A DNA stretch of 64,000 nt from Bacteroidia bacterium. GTDB lineage: Bacteria; Bacteroidota; Bacteroidia; SpSt-205. Below are positions 28,763 through 37,572 of the stretch, one piece after another. The translations under genes were made by a program, and so were the position numbers. Numbering within the stretch: the stretch's first letter is position 1; each line of letters starts with the position of its first letter. The stretch is taken from assembly GCA_025057135.1 (NCBI GenBank), contig JANWXY010000085.1, positions 151 through 64,150 on the forward strand, given 5' to 3'. The notes below the pieces were generated by a model. It was not told the DNA's origin and ran no database searches. It was given only the letters and a program-made list of their open reading frames with translations.

Positions 28763-30096
28763 CAGGCAAAGCTACGCCAATACAAACGAAAGGTGGTCCC
28801 CCGCCCTGGCTGCGACTCCACTTGGATAGCTACCCCTTGTTGGGTCAGAATGGCATGAGCGATAGGCAGCCCTAAGCCTGTGCCTTTCTCACCGGCGGTG
28901 CCTGGACGGCTGCGCCGAAAAGTTGGGTCCCAGAGGGCTTTCACCTCCTCAGGAGTCATACCTATGCCTGTATCACTTATCTCTACCACTACACCACCCT
29001 CACCGAGGGCTACCCGCATTTTTACCTCACCGCCGGTAGGGGTGTATTTGACAGCATTTGAGAGTATATTGAATAAGGCTTCGGCGGTATATACGGGATC
29101 GCCTTGACTGGTAAGAGGGGCTACATCCGCGCTCCATTGGACACCTTTTGCTTCAAGCTGGGGTAAAATAAGGGCATGTAGGCGTCTGACCATATCCTCC
29201 CATGAAAAAGCCTCTGGACGCAGTACGATGTCCTTCTGAGAAAGGCGGCTAAGGTCTAAGAGATTTTTGACGTATTTTTCCAGCTCTGTGAGGGTTTTTT
29301 CTAAGACTTCGGCATAGCGGCTCAAGCTGGGAGAACTGCTCGTGCCTTGTCGGAGGAGAGCGGAGAGCTGTTTGAGTCCGCTGAGTGGGCTACGAAGGTC
29401 ATGAGAAACGATTTTTACCCATGCCTCCCGCTGCGAAGTTAGAGCCCGCAGCTCCTGAATCGTAGTGGCAAGATGGGCTGTTCGCGCTTCTATTTGCTTT
29501 TCCAGTTCATCCAGTAGTTTCAAATGAGCCTGTCGAAGGGCATGGGTGCGCGTGAAAAGCTCCTGCGCCTCTACCCTAGCGGGAGTTTGTGGAGCCCCAG
29601 ACGGGAAAAACTTCGCCTGCCATTCAGAAGTAACGCTGGGAAGGTCGGATAGCTTTTCGCAAGCCAAGAGCGCCTGCATGTACTTGAGCAGCTCTTGGGT
29701 AAGATACACCCGCTCATCCCGCTCCATCTCAATCTCGTAGCTACGAAGGGCTTCCTGTACCGTAAGCCGCAAATCTTCCACCTCCCAAGGTTTGGCAATG
29801 TACCGAAAGAGGCGAGCTTGATTGACGACCTTGCCGATATTTTCGGCACCTGCTTGACCCGTGAGGAGGATAAGCCGCGCTTGGGGCAGTTCTCTATGAG
29901 CAGCAATCAAAAAATCGTCTCCTCTCATCCCCGGCATCAAATAATCCGCAATAATCACAGCAGGACAACCGCTCAGGAGAGATAGCGCCTCTTCTCCGCT
30001 ATATGCGCCTTCTATCCACACCCCCAAAGACAGGAGCTGAGCTGTAAGCGCCTCAACCACAGAAGGCTCATCATCTACTATGAGCACCGTTTGCAT
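28762..30096 (-). CDS. Hybrid with an N-terminal response-regulator receiver and a C-terminal histidine kinase (HisKA + HATPase_c).
   Basis: [21 protein letters not shown]...[15 protein letters not shown]...IAKPW receiver. H-box [14 protein letters not shown]-boxes DTGIGM...GTGLGL. ATG at 30096. Confidence 0.8.
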   Translation of the reverse strand: MQTVLIVDDEPSVVEALTAQLLSLGVWIEGAYSGEEALSLLSGCPAVIIADYLMPGMRGDDFLIAAHRELPQARLILLTGQAGAENIGKVVNQARLFRYIAKPWEVEDLRLTVQEALRSYEIEMERDERVYLTQELLKYMQALLACEKLSDLPSVTSEWQAKFFPSGAPQTPARVEAQELFTRTHALRQAHLKLLDELEKQIEARTAHLATTIQELRALTSQREAWVKIVSHDLRSPLSGLKQLSALLRQGTSSSPSLSRYAEVLEKTLTELEKYVKNLLDLSRLSQKDIVLRPEAFSWEDMVRRLHALILPQLEAKGVQWSADVAPLTSQGDPVYTAEALFNILSNAVKYTPTGGEVKMRVALGEGGVVVEISDTGIGMTPEEVKALWDPTFRRSRPGTAGEKGTGLGLPIAHAILTQQGVAIQVESQPGRGTTFRLYWRSFA

Positions 30097-30139
30097 CGGG
30101 GCGATATTACCAAAGCCTCGCCAAATAGCTCCATTTTTG

Positions 30140-30147
30140 TACATTTG
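30140..30147 (+). promoter_or_regulatory. Candidate -7 promoter element TACATTTG, 50 bp upstream of the rho ATG.
   Basis: Exact TAnnTTTG match in the 100-bp divergent intergenic region. Confidence 0.35.
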
Positions 30148-30196
30148 CCTGGATAATCATATCTGCCTGTACCAAACCTTACTCCCAAAGCAGCCT

Positions 30197-31885
30197 ATGA
30201 CCGACACAGGTCAAACCTTACAAGAGTATCAAGCTTATTTAGAGGCGCTGGATCGCCCCGCCCTCCTCAAGGAAGCCAGAGCTCAAGGAATAACAAGCCC
30301 CCATCGTCTAAAAAATGTTGAGCTTATTCAGCAGCTCGTCCTCCAAAAAGCCGAAGAAATGGCAAAGCTGACACTAACTGAATCCACTCCCTCCAACGGA
30401 GACTCCGCCACCCCAACTAAGCGAAAGCGGAATCGTTTCAAAGTTACCGAGCGGACCGGCTTTTCCGAAGTAGAAGATAGCTCTCTGTCCTCGGAGCCAC
30501 CAGCTATGTCTGAACTTCCTGAGCAAACAGACTCCGTGTTGGCTCTCCCTCCTGACACTTCCTCCGCAGAGGCTGCCGCAGAGACCTTCTTTGAAGCGCC
30601 TGCCTCAGCCCTGCCCTCCGTTGAGCCCCCTTCACTTACTCCATCCCAGGTAGAAGATGCGGAAAGTGTCATAATACCTACTTCCCCCTCCGAAGAAGGG
30701 CATGAGGTGGTAGAGAGTTCTGTCAGCGTTCGGGAGATCCCATTAGTAGAGCTCATAGAGAAGCTCACCGTCTCTGCCACGGGGGTATTTTGGATAGATA
30801 AGAAATCTAACCACGGCGTTTTGCGTTCGCCTTATTACAGTTACAAAAGCTCCCCTGACGATATTTATGTGCCTCAATCGCTCATCCGAAAATACGGACT
30901 ACGCATAGGCGATACCATAGAGGGACGCGTGCGACTCCCCAAAGAAAACGAACGGTACTACACCCTCGTAGACGTAGAGCTTGTGAATGGCTATCCTCCG
31001 ATTTATTTGCGAGATAGAGTATCTCTGGAACATCTGACGCCGCTCTTTCCCACAGAACGGTTTCAACTGTCTGAGGGCACAAATGACCTGTCTCTGAGAG
31101 TAGTGGACCTTTTCGCACCTATAGGCAAGGGGCAAAGAGCCCTAATCGTCGCCCAACCTAAAACAGGCAAGACCATTCTCCTTCAAAAGATTGCCAACGC
31201 TATCATACGCAATCACCCGGAAGCCTACGTCATAGTTCTACTGATTGATGAGCGTCCTGAAGAAGTGACCGATTTTTCCCGCAACGTGCCGGCAGAAGTC
31301 GTAGCGTCAACCTTTGACGAGCCGGCTGAGCGTCAGGTAGAAGTCGCGGAAATCGTAATAGAAAAGGCACGTCGCTTGGCAGAAAGCAAAGTGGATGTGG
31401 TGGTACTTTTAGACTCTATCACACGCCTGGCACGGGCTTATAACGCAGCCACCCCTGTCTCTGGTCGCATACTCACGGGCGGCATGGACTCAGCTGCCCT
31501 CCACAAGCCCAAACGATTCTTCGGAGCAGCCCGAAAAATAGAAGAAGGCGGGTCCCTCACTATCATCGCCACCGCTCTCATAGATACTGGCAGCCGCATG
31601 GATGAAGTGGTCTTTGAAGAATTCAAAGGCACAGGCAATATGGAGCTCCAGCTGGACCGCCAACTCGCTAATAAGCGCATCTTCCCCGCTATCAATGTCT
31701 TAGAGTCCGGAACTCGCCATGAAGAGCTCCTGATTGACTCATCCCAACTGGGACGAATATGGCTCCTGCGAAAGTTTCTGTCCGAAATGAAGCCCGTAGA
31801 AGCCACAGAGTTTCTTTTAGACCGCATGCGACACACCCGCACAAATGAGGAGTTTTTAGATATCATGAGTAAATGGTCTCAGTAG
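30197..31885 (+). CDS. rho: Transcription termination factor Rho with a Bacteroidetes-type N-terminal insertion domain.
   Basis: Rho_N ([41 protein letters not shown]). A roughly 150-aa S/E/P/A-rich low-complexity insert. Cold-shock-like RNA-binding core ([37 protein letters not shown]). Walker [10 protein letters not shown]-terminal RecA-like domain. Confidence 0.85.
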   Translation: MTDTGQTLQEYQAYLEALDRPALLKEARAQGITSPHRLKNVELIQQLVLQKAEEMAKLTLTESTPSNGDSATPTKRKRNRFKVTERTGFSEVEDSSLSSEPPAMSELPEQTDSVLALPPDTSSAEAAAETFFEAPASALPSVEPPSLTPSQVEDAESVIIPTSPSEEGHEVVESSVSVREIPLVELIEKLTVSATGVFWIDKKSNHGVLRSPYYSYKSSPDDIYVPQSLIRKYGLRIGDTIEGRVRLPKENERYYTLVDVELVNGYPPIYLRDRVSLEHLTPLFPTERFQLSEGTNDLSLRVVDLFAPIGKGQRALIVAQPKTGKTILLQKIANAIIRNHPEAYVIVLLIDERPEEVTDFSRNVPAEVVASTFDEPAERQVEVAEIVIEKARRLAESKVDVVVLLDSITRLARAYNAATPVSGRILTGGMDSAALHKPKRFFGAARKIEEGGSLTIIATALIDTGSRMDEVVFEEFKGTGNMELQLDRQLANKRIFPAINVLESGTRHEELLIDSSQLGRIWLLRKFLSEMKPVEATEFLLDRMRHTRTNEEFLDIMSKWSQ

Positions 31886-32892
31886 GAGCACCAATCTGGA
31901 CGCTGAGTTTAGCGGATTTAGAAGAATGGACGAAATCAAAAGGAGAACCACTTTACCGAGCACAGCAGATATGGCGCTGGCTTTGGGAAAAAGGGGTATC
32001 CAGTATCAATCAAATGAGCGATCTTCCCGCCCGATTGCGCGTCAGCTTAGCAAGCGAGTTTGCCCTTACTTTTCCTCAGCTCGTCCATGAGTCAGTAAGT
32101 AAAGATAAAACTCGTAAGTTTCTCTGGGAAATGCCCGAGGGAGGTAGGGTAGAAACGGTATGGATTCCCCATTCTAACCGTTACACCGTATGCATATCCA
32201 GTCAGGTCGGCTGCAGCTTGAACTGCCGATTCTGTGCCACAGGTCAGTTAGGCTTAGAGCGACAGCTCAAAGGATATGAAATCCTACTACAAGTGTATGC
32301 CGTCAAGCACCTACTCGGACTTCCGGTGACTCATGTGGTCTTCATGGGAATGGGCGAACCGCTACTCAACTATACCGCAGTAATAGAGGCCCTCACAGGT
32401 CTCAGCCAAAAGCTCAAGCTTAGCCCTAAGCGGATAACTATTTCCACAGTAGGAATCCCTAAAGGCATCCTGCGATTAGCCGAACGAAAGGAACCCTTTG
32501 AGCTGGCTTTTTCTCTCCATAGCGCCATACCCGAGAAGCGTCAAATGCTCATTCCGCTCGCAGCTCATATTCCTCTGGAAGAGATTAGACATGCGCTGGG
32601 CACCTACTGCGAGAAGCGCCAGGAGTGGGTAACGCTGGAATATGTCCTATTAGAAGGGGTAAATGACACTCCGAAAGATGCGGAAGCCCTGCGGGCTTTT
32701 GTCGCTCCACCCGTCCGCGCCAAGGTAAATCTAATCCAATACAACCCAGTGCCCGGACTGCCCTTCCAGGGCTCTAAACGGCTGTCCGAGTTCCAAAAGT
32801 CTCTCATGCAGCGAGGGCTATTAGCCACTATCCGCCGAAGTCGCGGAGCGGACATCGCCGCAGGGTGCGGACAATTAGCCCGACAGGTATAA
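31873..32892 (+). CDS. rlmN: 23S rRNA (adenine2503-C2)-methyltransferase RlmN (radical SAM).
   Basis: CxxxCxxC cluster [17 protein letters not shown]-terminal AAGCGQLA. Overlaps the rho 3' end by 13 nt. Confidence 0.85.
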   Translation: MVSVGAPIWTLSLADLEEWTKSKGEPLYRAQQIWRWLWEKGVSSINQMSDLPARLRVSLASEFALTFPQLVHESVSKDKTRKFLWEMPEGGRVETVWIPHSNRYTVCISSQVGCSLNCRFCATGQLGLERQLKGYEILLQVYAVKHLLGLPVTHVVFMGMGEPLLNYTAVIEALTGLSQKLKLSPKRITISTVGIPKGILRLAERKEPFELAFSLHSAIPEKRQMLIPLAAHIPLEEIRHALGTYCEKRQEWVTLEYVLLEGVNDTPKDAEALRAFVAPPVRAKVNLIQYNPVPGLPFQGSKRLSEFQKSLMQRGLLATIRRSRGADIAAGCGQLARQV

Positions 32893-32929
32893 CGACCGCC
32901 CCTTTGACCTAAGCGCATTATCTGTACCT

Positions 32930-34393
32930 TTGCAGAATAAACCTAAGATTATGAGCACAGTATTGGCTACCCACGGTTTAAACTTTCGTCCAGCATGGCT
33001 TGAACTTTCATACAGCAGATGGGAACTCTTAGCTCCCTCTTGGACCGCCCGAAAGCAACTGTTAGAGTCTCGTAACGAGTACTCTGCGTATCAAAAAGAT
33101 GCTTTCCATAAGTGGGGAGCAGATTTTCTCATGCTGCAGGGGGTTGTGCATTTTTCGCCAGAGACCTGGGCGATTTATGCTAAGAATGGCTACGACCCGA
33201 TCGCCCTGACCGCAGGCTCCACCTATCCATCTCCTACAGAAGCTCATATGCATCTGACCTCTCTGGTGAATGCCATGGAAGCCCTCAGGGAACTTAGTCA
33301 GACGGATCGCCCACTGGATTTAGGGACTTTCACGACAATCCTCCAGAAAGCACTCGGTGGAACGTTGACTCTGCGCACCAACTCTTCTAATGGTCCTACC
33401 CGTGGCCTACCATCCACTGAAGTAGAAGCTGCTTTCGGAGCGTTACTTTCGGAGATGCATAATCAGTTGAATGCCGGCAGTTCTCCCATAGCTGTCGCGG
33501 CGTGGGCACACCATGCCTTTACACAGATACGGCCTTTTGCAGATGGAAATGCTCGCGCGGCCTTTCTCTTTACGCAATACATTTTATGGCGAAGCGGACT
33601 GCCGGGCATCTACCTAAAGCCTTACCATAGAGTGACTTATTATCGTAGCCTCCAAAAAGCTGACCAGTCACATTATCTACCTCTGGTACAGCTTTTCCTC
33701 ACAGGCCTTCAAGAAGCGGTACTTTATACCCTGAGCTGGACGGGGATTCAACAATCCTCTTATGAATCTGCTCTAAATACCTTCAATCAGCGTTTGGCAG
33801 AATGGCGTTCGCATCACGATAGAGAACGCTCCCAACGCATTATGCACAATCGCTATACGGTCTTTGACTATATGGAAGAAACTCTGAGGAGTATAGCTGG
33901 CGACCTGAATCAAAAGCTAAAAAATGAAGAAGGACGAGGCGCCCGAGCATTAGTGGCGAAAGCTTACCCCGACTCGCCGTACTACTATCAGTTTACCTCC
34001 GATATTGTAGAATATGCTCGTAAAAACGGCTACCATTTTAACCGAGGGTTGCCGCGCGGCTGGTTCAAGCTCAAATTTGCCTTATCAGCCAGTAAAAAGT
34101 ATCAGCTGGTCTTCACGCTTCATCATGCTGGATATGATGATGCGACCCTCGTAGTAGGGGCATTTCTCCACTTTTTAGAGCCTCTGAAATACCAGCAAAA
34201 AAGAATAGGACGCAACCGAGCTTCTCGTCGCAAAGAGAAAGTCAAGTATCTATTTTCCTTACTCCCCCTTCAAGTAGCCCCCATAGCTTTCTGTATAGAA
34301 AAAGACGTGCCTGCTGTGCGAACTCTCTTGCGCGAATATGCCGAAGGCCTTTTCGGGGAGGTATTGTCTGAAATTTCTAATGAAATCTATTAG
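32930..34393 (+). CDS. Fic/DOC-fold protein with a degenerate active-site motif (RPFADGNAR instead of HPFx[D/E]GNGR).
   Basis: VAAWAHHAFTQIRPFADGNARAAFLFTQYILWRSGLPGIY aligns to the Fic core around the motif loop (AHLHxxxxxIHPFxDGNGRxxRLLxxxxLxxxGYP). The catalytic His is replaced by Arg. The second motif Gly is Ala and the terminal Arg is Phe. A likelier start is the ATG at 32951 (MSTVLATHG). Confidence 0.5.
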   Translation: MQNKPKIMSTVLATHGLNFRPAWLELSYSRWELLAPSWTARKQLLESRNEYSAYQKDAFHKWGADFLMLQGVVHFSPETWAIYAKNGYDPIALTAGSTYPSPTEAHMHLTSLVNAMEALRELSQTDRPLDLGTFTTILQKALGGTLTLRTNSSNGPTRGLPSTEVEAAFGALLSEMHNQLNAGSSPIAVAAWAHHAFTQIRPFADGNARAAFLFTQYILWRSGLPGIYLKPYHRVTYYRSLQKADQSHYLPLVQLFLTGLQEAVLYTLSWTGIQQSSYESALNTFNQRLAEWRSHHDRERSQRIMHNRYTVFDYMEETLRSIAGDLNQKLKNEEGRGARALVAKAYPDSPYYYQFTSDIVEYARKNGYHFNRGLPRGWFKLKFALSASKKYQLVFTLHHAGYDDATLVVGAFLHFLEPLKYQQKRIGRNRASRRKEKVKYLFSLLPLQVAPIAFCIEKDVPAVRTLLREYAEGLFGEVLSEISNEIY

Positions 34394-34399
34394 TCTTGT

Positions 34400-35296
34400 A
34401 TGACAGTAGTGAAAGCCCTTCCAGTTCAGGACATATATGCCTCCTCCACTCTAAACCTTGCTGCGAGTAGCTCGTATAACCTCGGTGTCTATCTGGATAT
34501 AGACCATCTCCTGTATGTCATATCAACTGACCGACATGAGCCGCTTTTTATCCGCTCATACAAAAATCGTGACGGATTAGAGTTGTCCCGTTTTTTGGAG
34601 GCCGCATGGCAGCAGGATGATATGATTCGTAAGCGCTATGCTCATGTGCTCGTACTCATAGATGCAGATAGATGGATGATCGTGCCGGCTGAATATGTAT
34701 CCGAGGGTCAGGAGATGGCATACCTTCAAGCTTACTACGACATACGCCCGAGCAGTGTCTCTTCGCTACCGTATGTAGCCCAGAAAGACATTCTGAAAGG
34801 GAGCGGAGCTACCTTTTTATATCTTGTACCAGTTAGTTTGAAAGAATACCTTTCCGCCCGTTCAGGAAGCATAGAATTTCATCATGCGAGTTACCGATAT
34901 ACGCAGTTGAGCCGTTATCTAATAGAAAACCACTTACAGCATCGCCCTTACGCAGGGATGGTCTGGTTATTTTTGGGCACTTTCTACTACTGCTTATTTG
35001 GAGGGGATCGCCTACTTTTTGTGAATAGATTTACTGCGGCTACGGCTGAAGATGTACTTTACTACATCCAAGGGCTTCATAATCTCCTAGGTATCAGCAA
35101 AGAACAGGTAGCTATCTCAGTCAGCGGCTATTCAGGGCTCAAGCCATACGTAGCCACCATATTGTACCGATTTTTCGGTGCTGGATATAAGGACCTGGGC
35201 AAAGTATATATAGCCCCTTCCACGCTCAAGGAAGCTGGCTTAGGTGGAGAAGATGTGCTGGCGCTAACTTTCGCTGGTGCGGATACTGCGGGGTAA
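34400..35296 (+). CDS. DUF3822-family protein.
   Basis: Size, composition and position immediately upstream of, and overlapping, rsmD match the conserved Bacteroidetes DUF3822-rsmD pair. I see no catalytic motifs. Confidence 0.5.
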   Translation: MTVVKALPVQDIYASSTLNLAASSSYNLGVYLDIDHLLYVISTDRHEPLFIRSYKNRDGLELSRFLEAAWQQDDMIRKRYAHVLVLIDADRWMIVPAEYVSEGQEMAYLQAYYDIRPSSVSSLPYVAQKDILKGSGATFLYLVPVSLKEYLSARSGSIEFHHASYRYTQLSRYLIENHLQHRPYAGMVWLFLGTFYYCLFGGDRLLFVNRFTAATAEDVLYYIQGLHNLLGISKEQVAISVSGYSGLKPYVATILYRFFGAGYKDLGKVYIAPSTLKEAGLGGEDVLALTFAGADTAG

Positions 35297-35810
35297 GTGG
35301 CGCGGTAGGACTGTACCTTTCCCTGAAGGCGCCCCCACTCGTCCTCTCACAGAGAAAGCCCGTGAAGCGCTCTTCAACATTCTTAGTCACCACTGGAAAA
35401 TAGAAGGCACTAAGGTACTGGACCTCTTCGCTGGGTCTGGCGCTGTGGGATTGGAGTTTCTCTCCCGTGGCTCCGCCCATGCCACCTTCGTAGAAAATAA
35501 TCCCAAAGCCGCAGTCGCCCTAAAAGCCCTACTCACTGCTTGGAATGCTCCAGCCTCTGTGTATCAGATGGATGCACTGAATTTTTTGGAGGGAACGAGC
35601 CAACCGATGGATTTTATTTTCGCTGGTCCGCCTTTTCGGTATTGGCAGAAAAAAAAGCTTATAGAACTCATACAAAACAGAGGATGGCTTCGTAAGGGCG
35701 GATGCTTCATTTTAGAGCATCCTATTTATGAGTCTTACAGCCATTATAAAGGCTACTGGCGCACTGAAAGTTATGTAGCAAGTAGCCTTAGCTTTTTCCT
35801 GGCCGAATAG
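35277..35810 (+). CDS. rsmD: 16S rRNA (guanine966-N2)-methyltransferase RsmD.
   Basis: SAM-binding motif VLDLFAGSGAVGLEF. DPPF-type motif FAGPPF. Overlaps the upstream gene by 20 nt. Confidence 0.8.
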   Translation: MRILRGKWRGRTVPFPEGAPTRPLTEKAREALFNILSHHWKIEGTKVLDLFAGSGAVGLEFLSRGSAHATFVENNPKAAVALKALLTAWNAPASVYQMDALNFLEGTSQPMDFIFAGPPFRYWQKKKLIELIQNRGWLRKGGCFILEHPIYESYSHYKGYWRTESYVASSLSFFLAE

Positions 35811-35976
35811 GAGATACTGAGCCCTTCTCTCGCCAGCTCTTGAAGAACGCGCCCCCTACACGGGGGCAGTTACACAGATTAAGCCTGTCGGAATGAGCCA
35901 AGCCGTGCGGGTTGGTAATCCATACTACACGCAAGCAGAGCATCTCATACACTTGACTTTTTGAAATCAAGAATGC

Positions 35977-35984
35977 TAACTTTG
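35977..35984 (+). promoter_or_regulatory. Candidate -7 promoter element TAACTTTG, 8 bp upstream of the ATG at 35993.
   Basis: Exact TAnnTTTG match in a 176-bp intergenic region. Confidence 0.35.
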
Positions 35985-35992
35985 TCTTGAGT

Positions 35993-37453
35993 ATGAAGAA
36001 GAAAATGAGTAACCTCATCTTATCGGCTTGCTTAGGACTGATTACCACTCTCACCCTCTTGAAGGCGCAAAGCGTAGGTATTGGCACTGCCAATCCGCAT
36101 CCTCGGGCTATTCTGCATTTAGAAAGTAGGACGCAAGGCTTCCTTCCACCTCGTCTCAGTCAAGCGGAGCGAGACGCCATACCCGTCGCTGCCCGTCCAG
36201 AGGGCTTGGTAATCTACAATACTACCACGAAATGCTTAGAATACTGGAATGGTACCCAATGGATCAGCACCTGTGCCAGCACCGCTCCTTGTCAGTCGCC
36301 TCCACCTCCTACCGCCAGCAGTAATAGTCCCGTCTGCACTGGCGAAGCTATCAATCTCTCAGCTTCCAACATAACTGGAGCCACCTATGTCTGGACTGGG
36401 CCTAATGGTTTCTATTCCACAAATCAAAATCCCACCATCTCTAACGCCGCGACCGCCCATGCGGGCACCTACTGCGTGCGAGTGTATGTAGCTGGCTGCT
36501 GGTCCGACCCCGTGTGCGTGAATGTGACGGTAGTATCACCGCCGGGTACATGGACCCAAAAGGCGCCTTTTAATCTCAATCCTCCTCGACATGGTGGAGG
36601 ATACTTCGTATTGGGAGATACCATATTCGTGATAGACGGGCGGCGCTCAGATGTGTCCTGCTGTATTACAGCTTCTGGGTGCAGGCGATACATAATTTCT
36701 CTCAATACATGGCAATCCATGACATGCCCGCCTAACTCGCCGAGCGAAATCCGAATGGGTTTCGCACATAATGGGTGGGGGTATGTGACGATCGGAGGAT
36801 TAGATGGAGGGTCATTACAGAATGCTACATACAGGTACGATAGGGCAAACGACAGCTGGATATCTGTAGGTAACTTTCCTTATCAAGCATATGTTGTTCA
36901 ACTTAACATACAGAGAGCTGTTGGGGGTAGTTTTTACGCATTCGGGGGTGAAAAAAATTTTTGTCCCCAAATGCTCAGAGAAATCTTCCGCTTCAATCCC
37001 ACCACACAGCAGTGGAGCATAGTAGGCAATTTTACTACTAACGACAATCATAGAGCAGGATTCATGTTTGTATTACCCTTTGACAATGTAATCTACTTCG
37101 GAGGCGGAGGGCACTGGGCTTGTCCTCAAGGATGCTGTAGTGGGTTGCCTCACTGGTATAAATACGAGCCCTCTACTGGCCAGGTTACCTACTTAGGCAC
37201 CCTACCCAATCCCCCCCAATATCTAACTTCGCACTCTTTTGTGCTGGGAGGCTACGGCTACGCACCCCGACTCACTGGCGGAAGGGTATACCTGTGGCGA
37301 TTAGACCCTCAGACCGAGACATGGTCTCGCATATGCACCCCTATGAAAGACTTTCCCGATGTATGCGCTGTGTATAATAACAAAGTCTATCTCATCAGCA
37401 CAGATGATGACGACGGCGACGGTATCCGTGAGCACTGGGAATGGGAGCCGTGA
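35993..37453 (+). CDS. Secreted protein with an N-terminal QSVGIGTANP...YNTTT..YWNG module, an Ig-like domain and a Kelch-type beta-propeller.
   Basis: Signal peptide MKKKMSNLILSACLGLITTLTLLKA. Ig-like segment VCTGEAINLSASNITGATYVWTGPNGF...GTYCVRVYVAGC. Kelch-like blades (FVIDGRRSD, VTIGGLDGG, YAFGGEKN, IYFGGGGHW, VLGGYGYAP, KVYLISTDDDDGDG). The track starts at a TTG at 35987. Confidence 0.6.
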   Translation: MKKKMSNLILSACLGLITTLTLLKAQSVGIGTANPHPRAILHLESRTQGFLPPRLSQAERDAIPVAARPEGLVIYNTTTKCLEYWNGTQWISTCASTAPCQSPPPPTASSNSPVCTGEAINLSASNITGATYVWTGPNGFYSTNQNPTISNAATAHAGTYCVRVYVAGCWSDPVCVNVTVVSPPGTWTQKAPFNLNPPRHGGGYFVLGDTIFVIDGRRSDVSCCITASGCRRYIISLNTWQSMTCPPNSPSEIRMGFAHNGWGYVTIGGLDGGSLQNATYRYDRANDSWISVGNFPYQAYVVQLNIQRAVGGSFYAFGGEKNFCPQMLREIFRFNPTTQQWSIVGNFTTNDNHRAGFMFVLPFDNVIYFGGGGHWACPQGCCSGLPHWYKYEPSTGQVTYLGTLPNPPQYLTSHSFVLGGYGYAPRLTGGRVYLWRLDPQTETWSRICTPMKDFPDVCAVYNNKVYLISTDDDDGDGIREHWEWEP

Positions 37454-37507
37454 GGGTAGATATAGCCTTTGTAGAATGAAGACGAGCTGGTCGGTGTGAT
37501 AGGTTTT

Positions 37508-37532
37508 GGGGCGGCGCCGCAGGCGCCGCCCC
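37508..37532. repeat. Perfect GC-rich palindrome (11-bp arms ggggcggcgcc / ggcgccgcccc, 3-nt loop) between the convergent Kelch-protein gene and uvrB.
   Basis: Read directly from the sequence. It is flanked by TTTT on the 5' side only. Confidence 0.6.
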
Positions 37533-37572
37533 CTCAGCTCGTCCCATCGCAGCCTATCTCCTCTCCCTCACT

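Noticed and set aside
30328-30780. 150-aa minus-strand ORF.
   Set aside because: It is antisense to the low-complexity insertion domain of rho. The compositional bias keeps the opposite strand open.
35841-35857. Short hairpin gccccc-tacac-gggggc after rsmD.
   Set aside because: It has only a 6-bp stem and no U-tract, which is insufficient to call a terminator.
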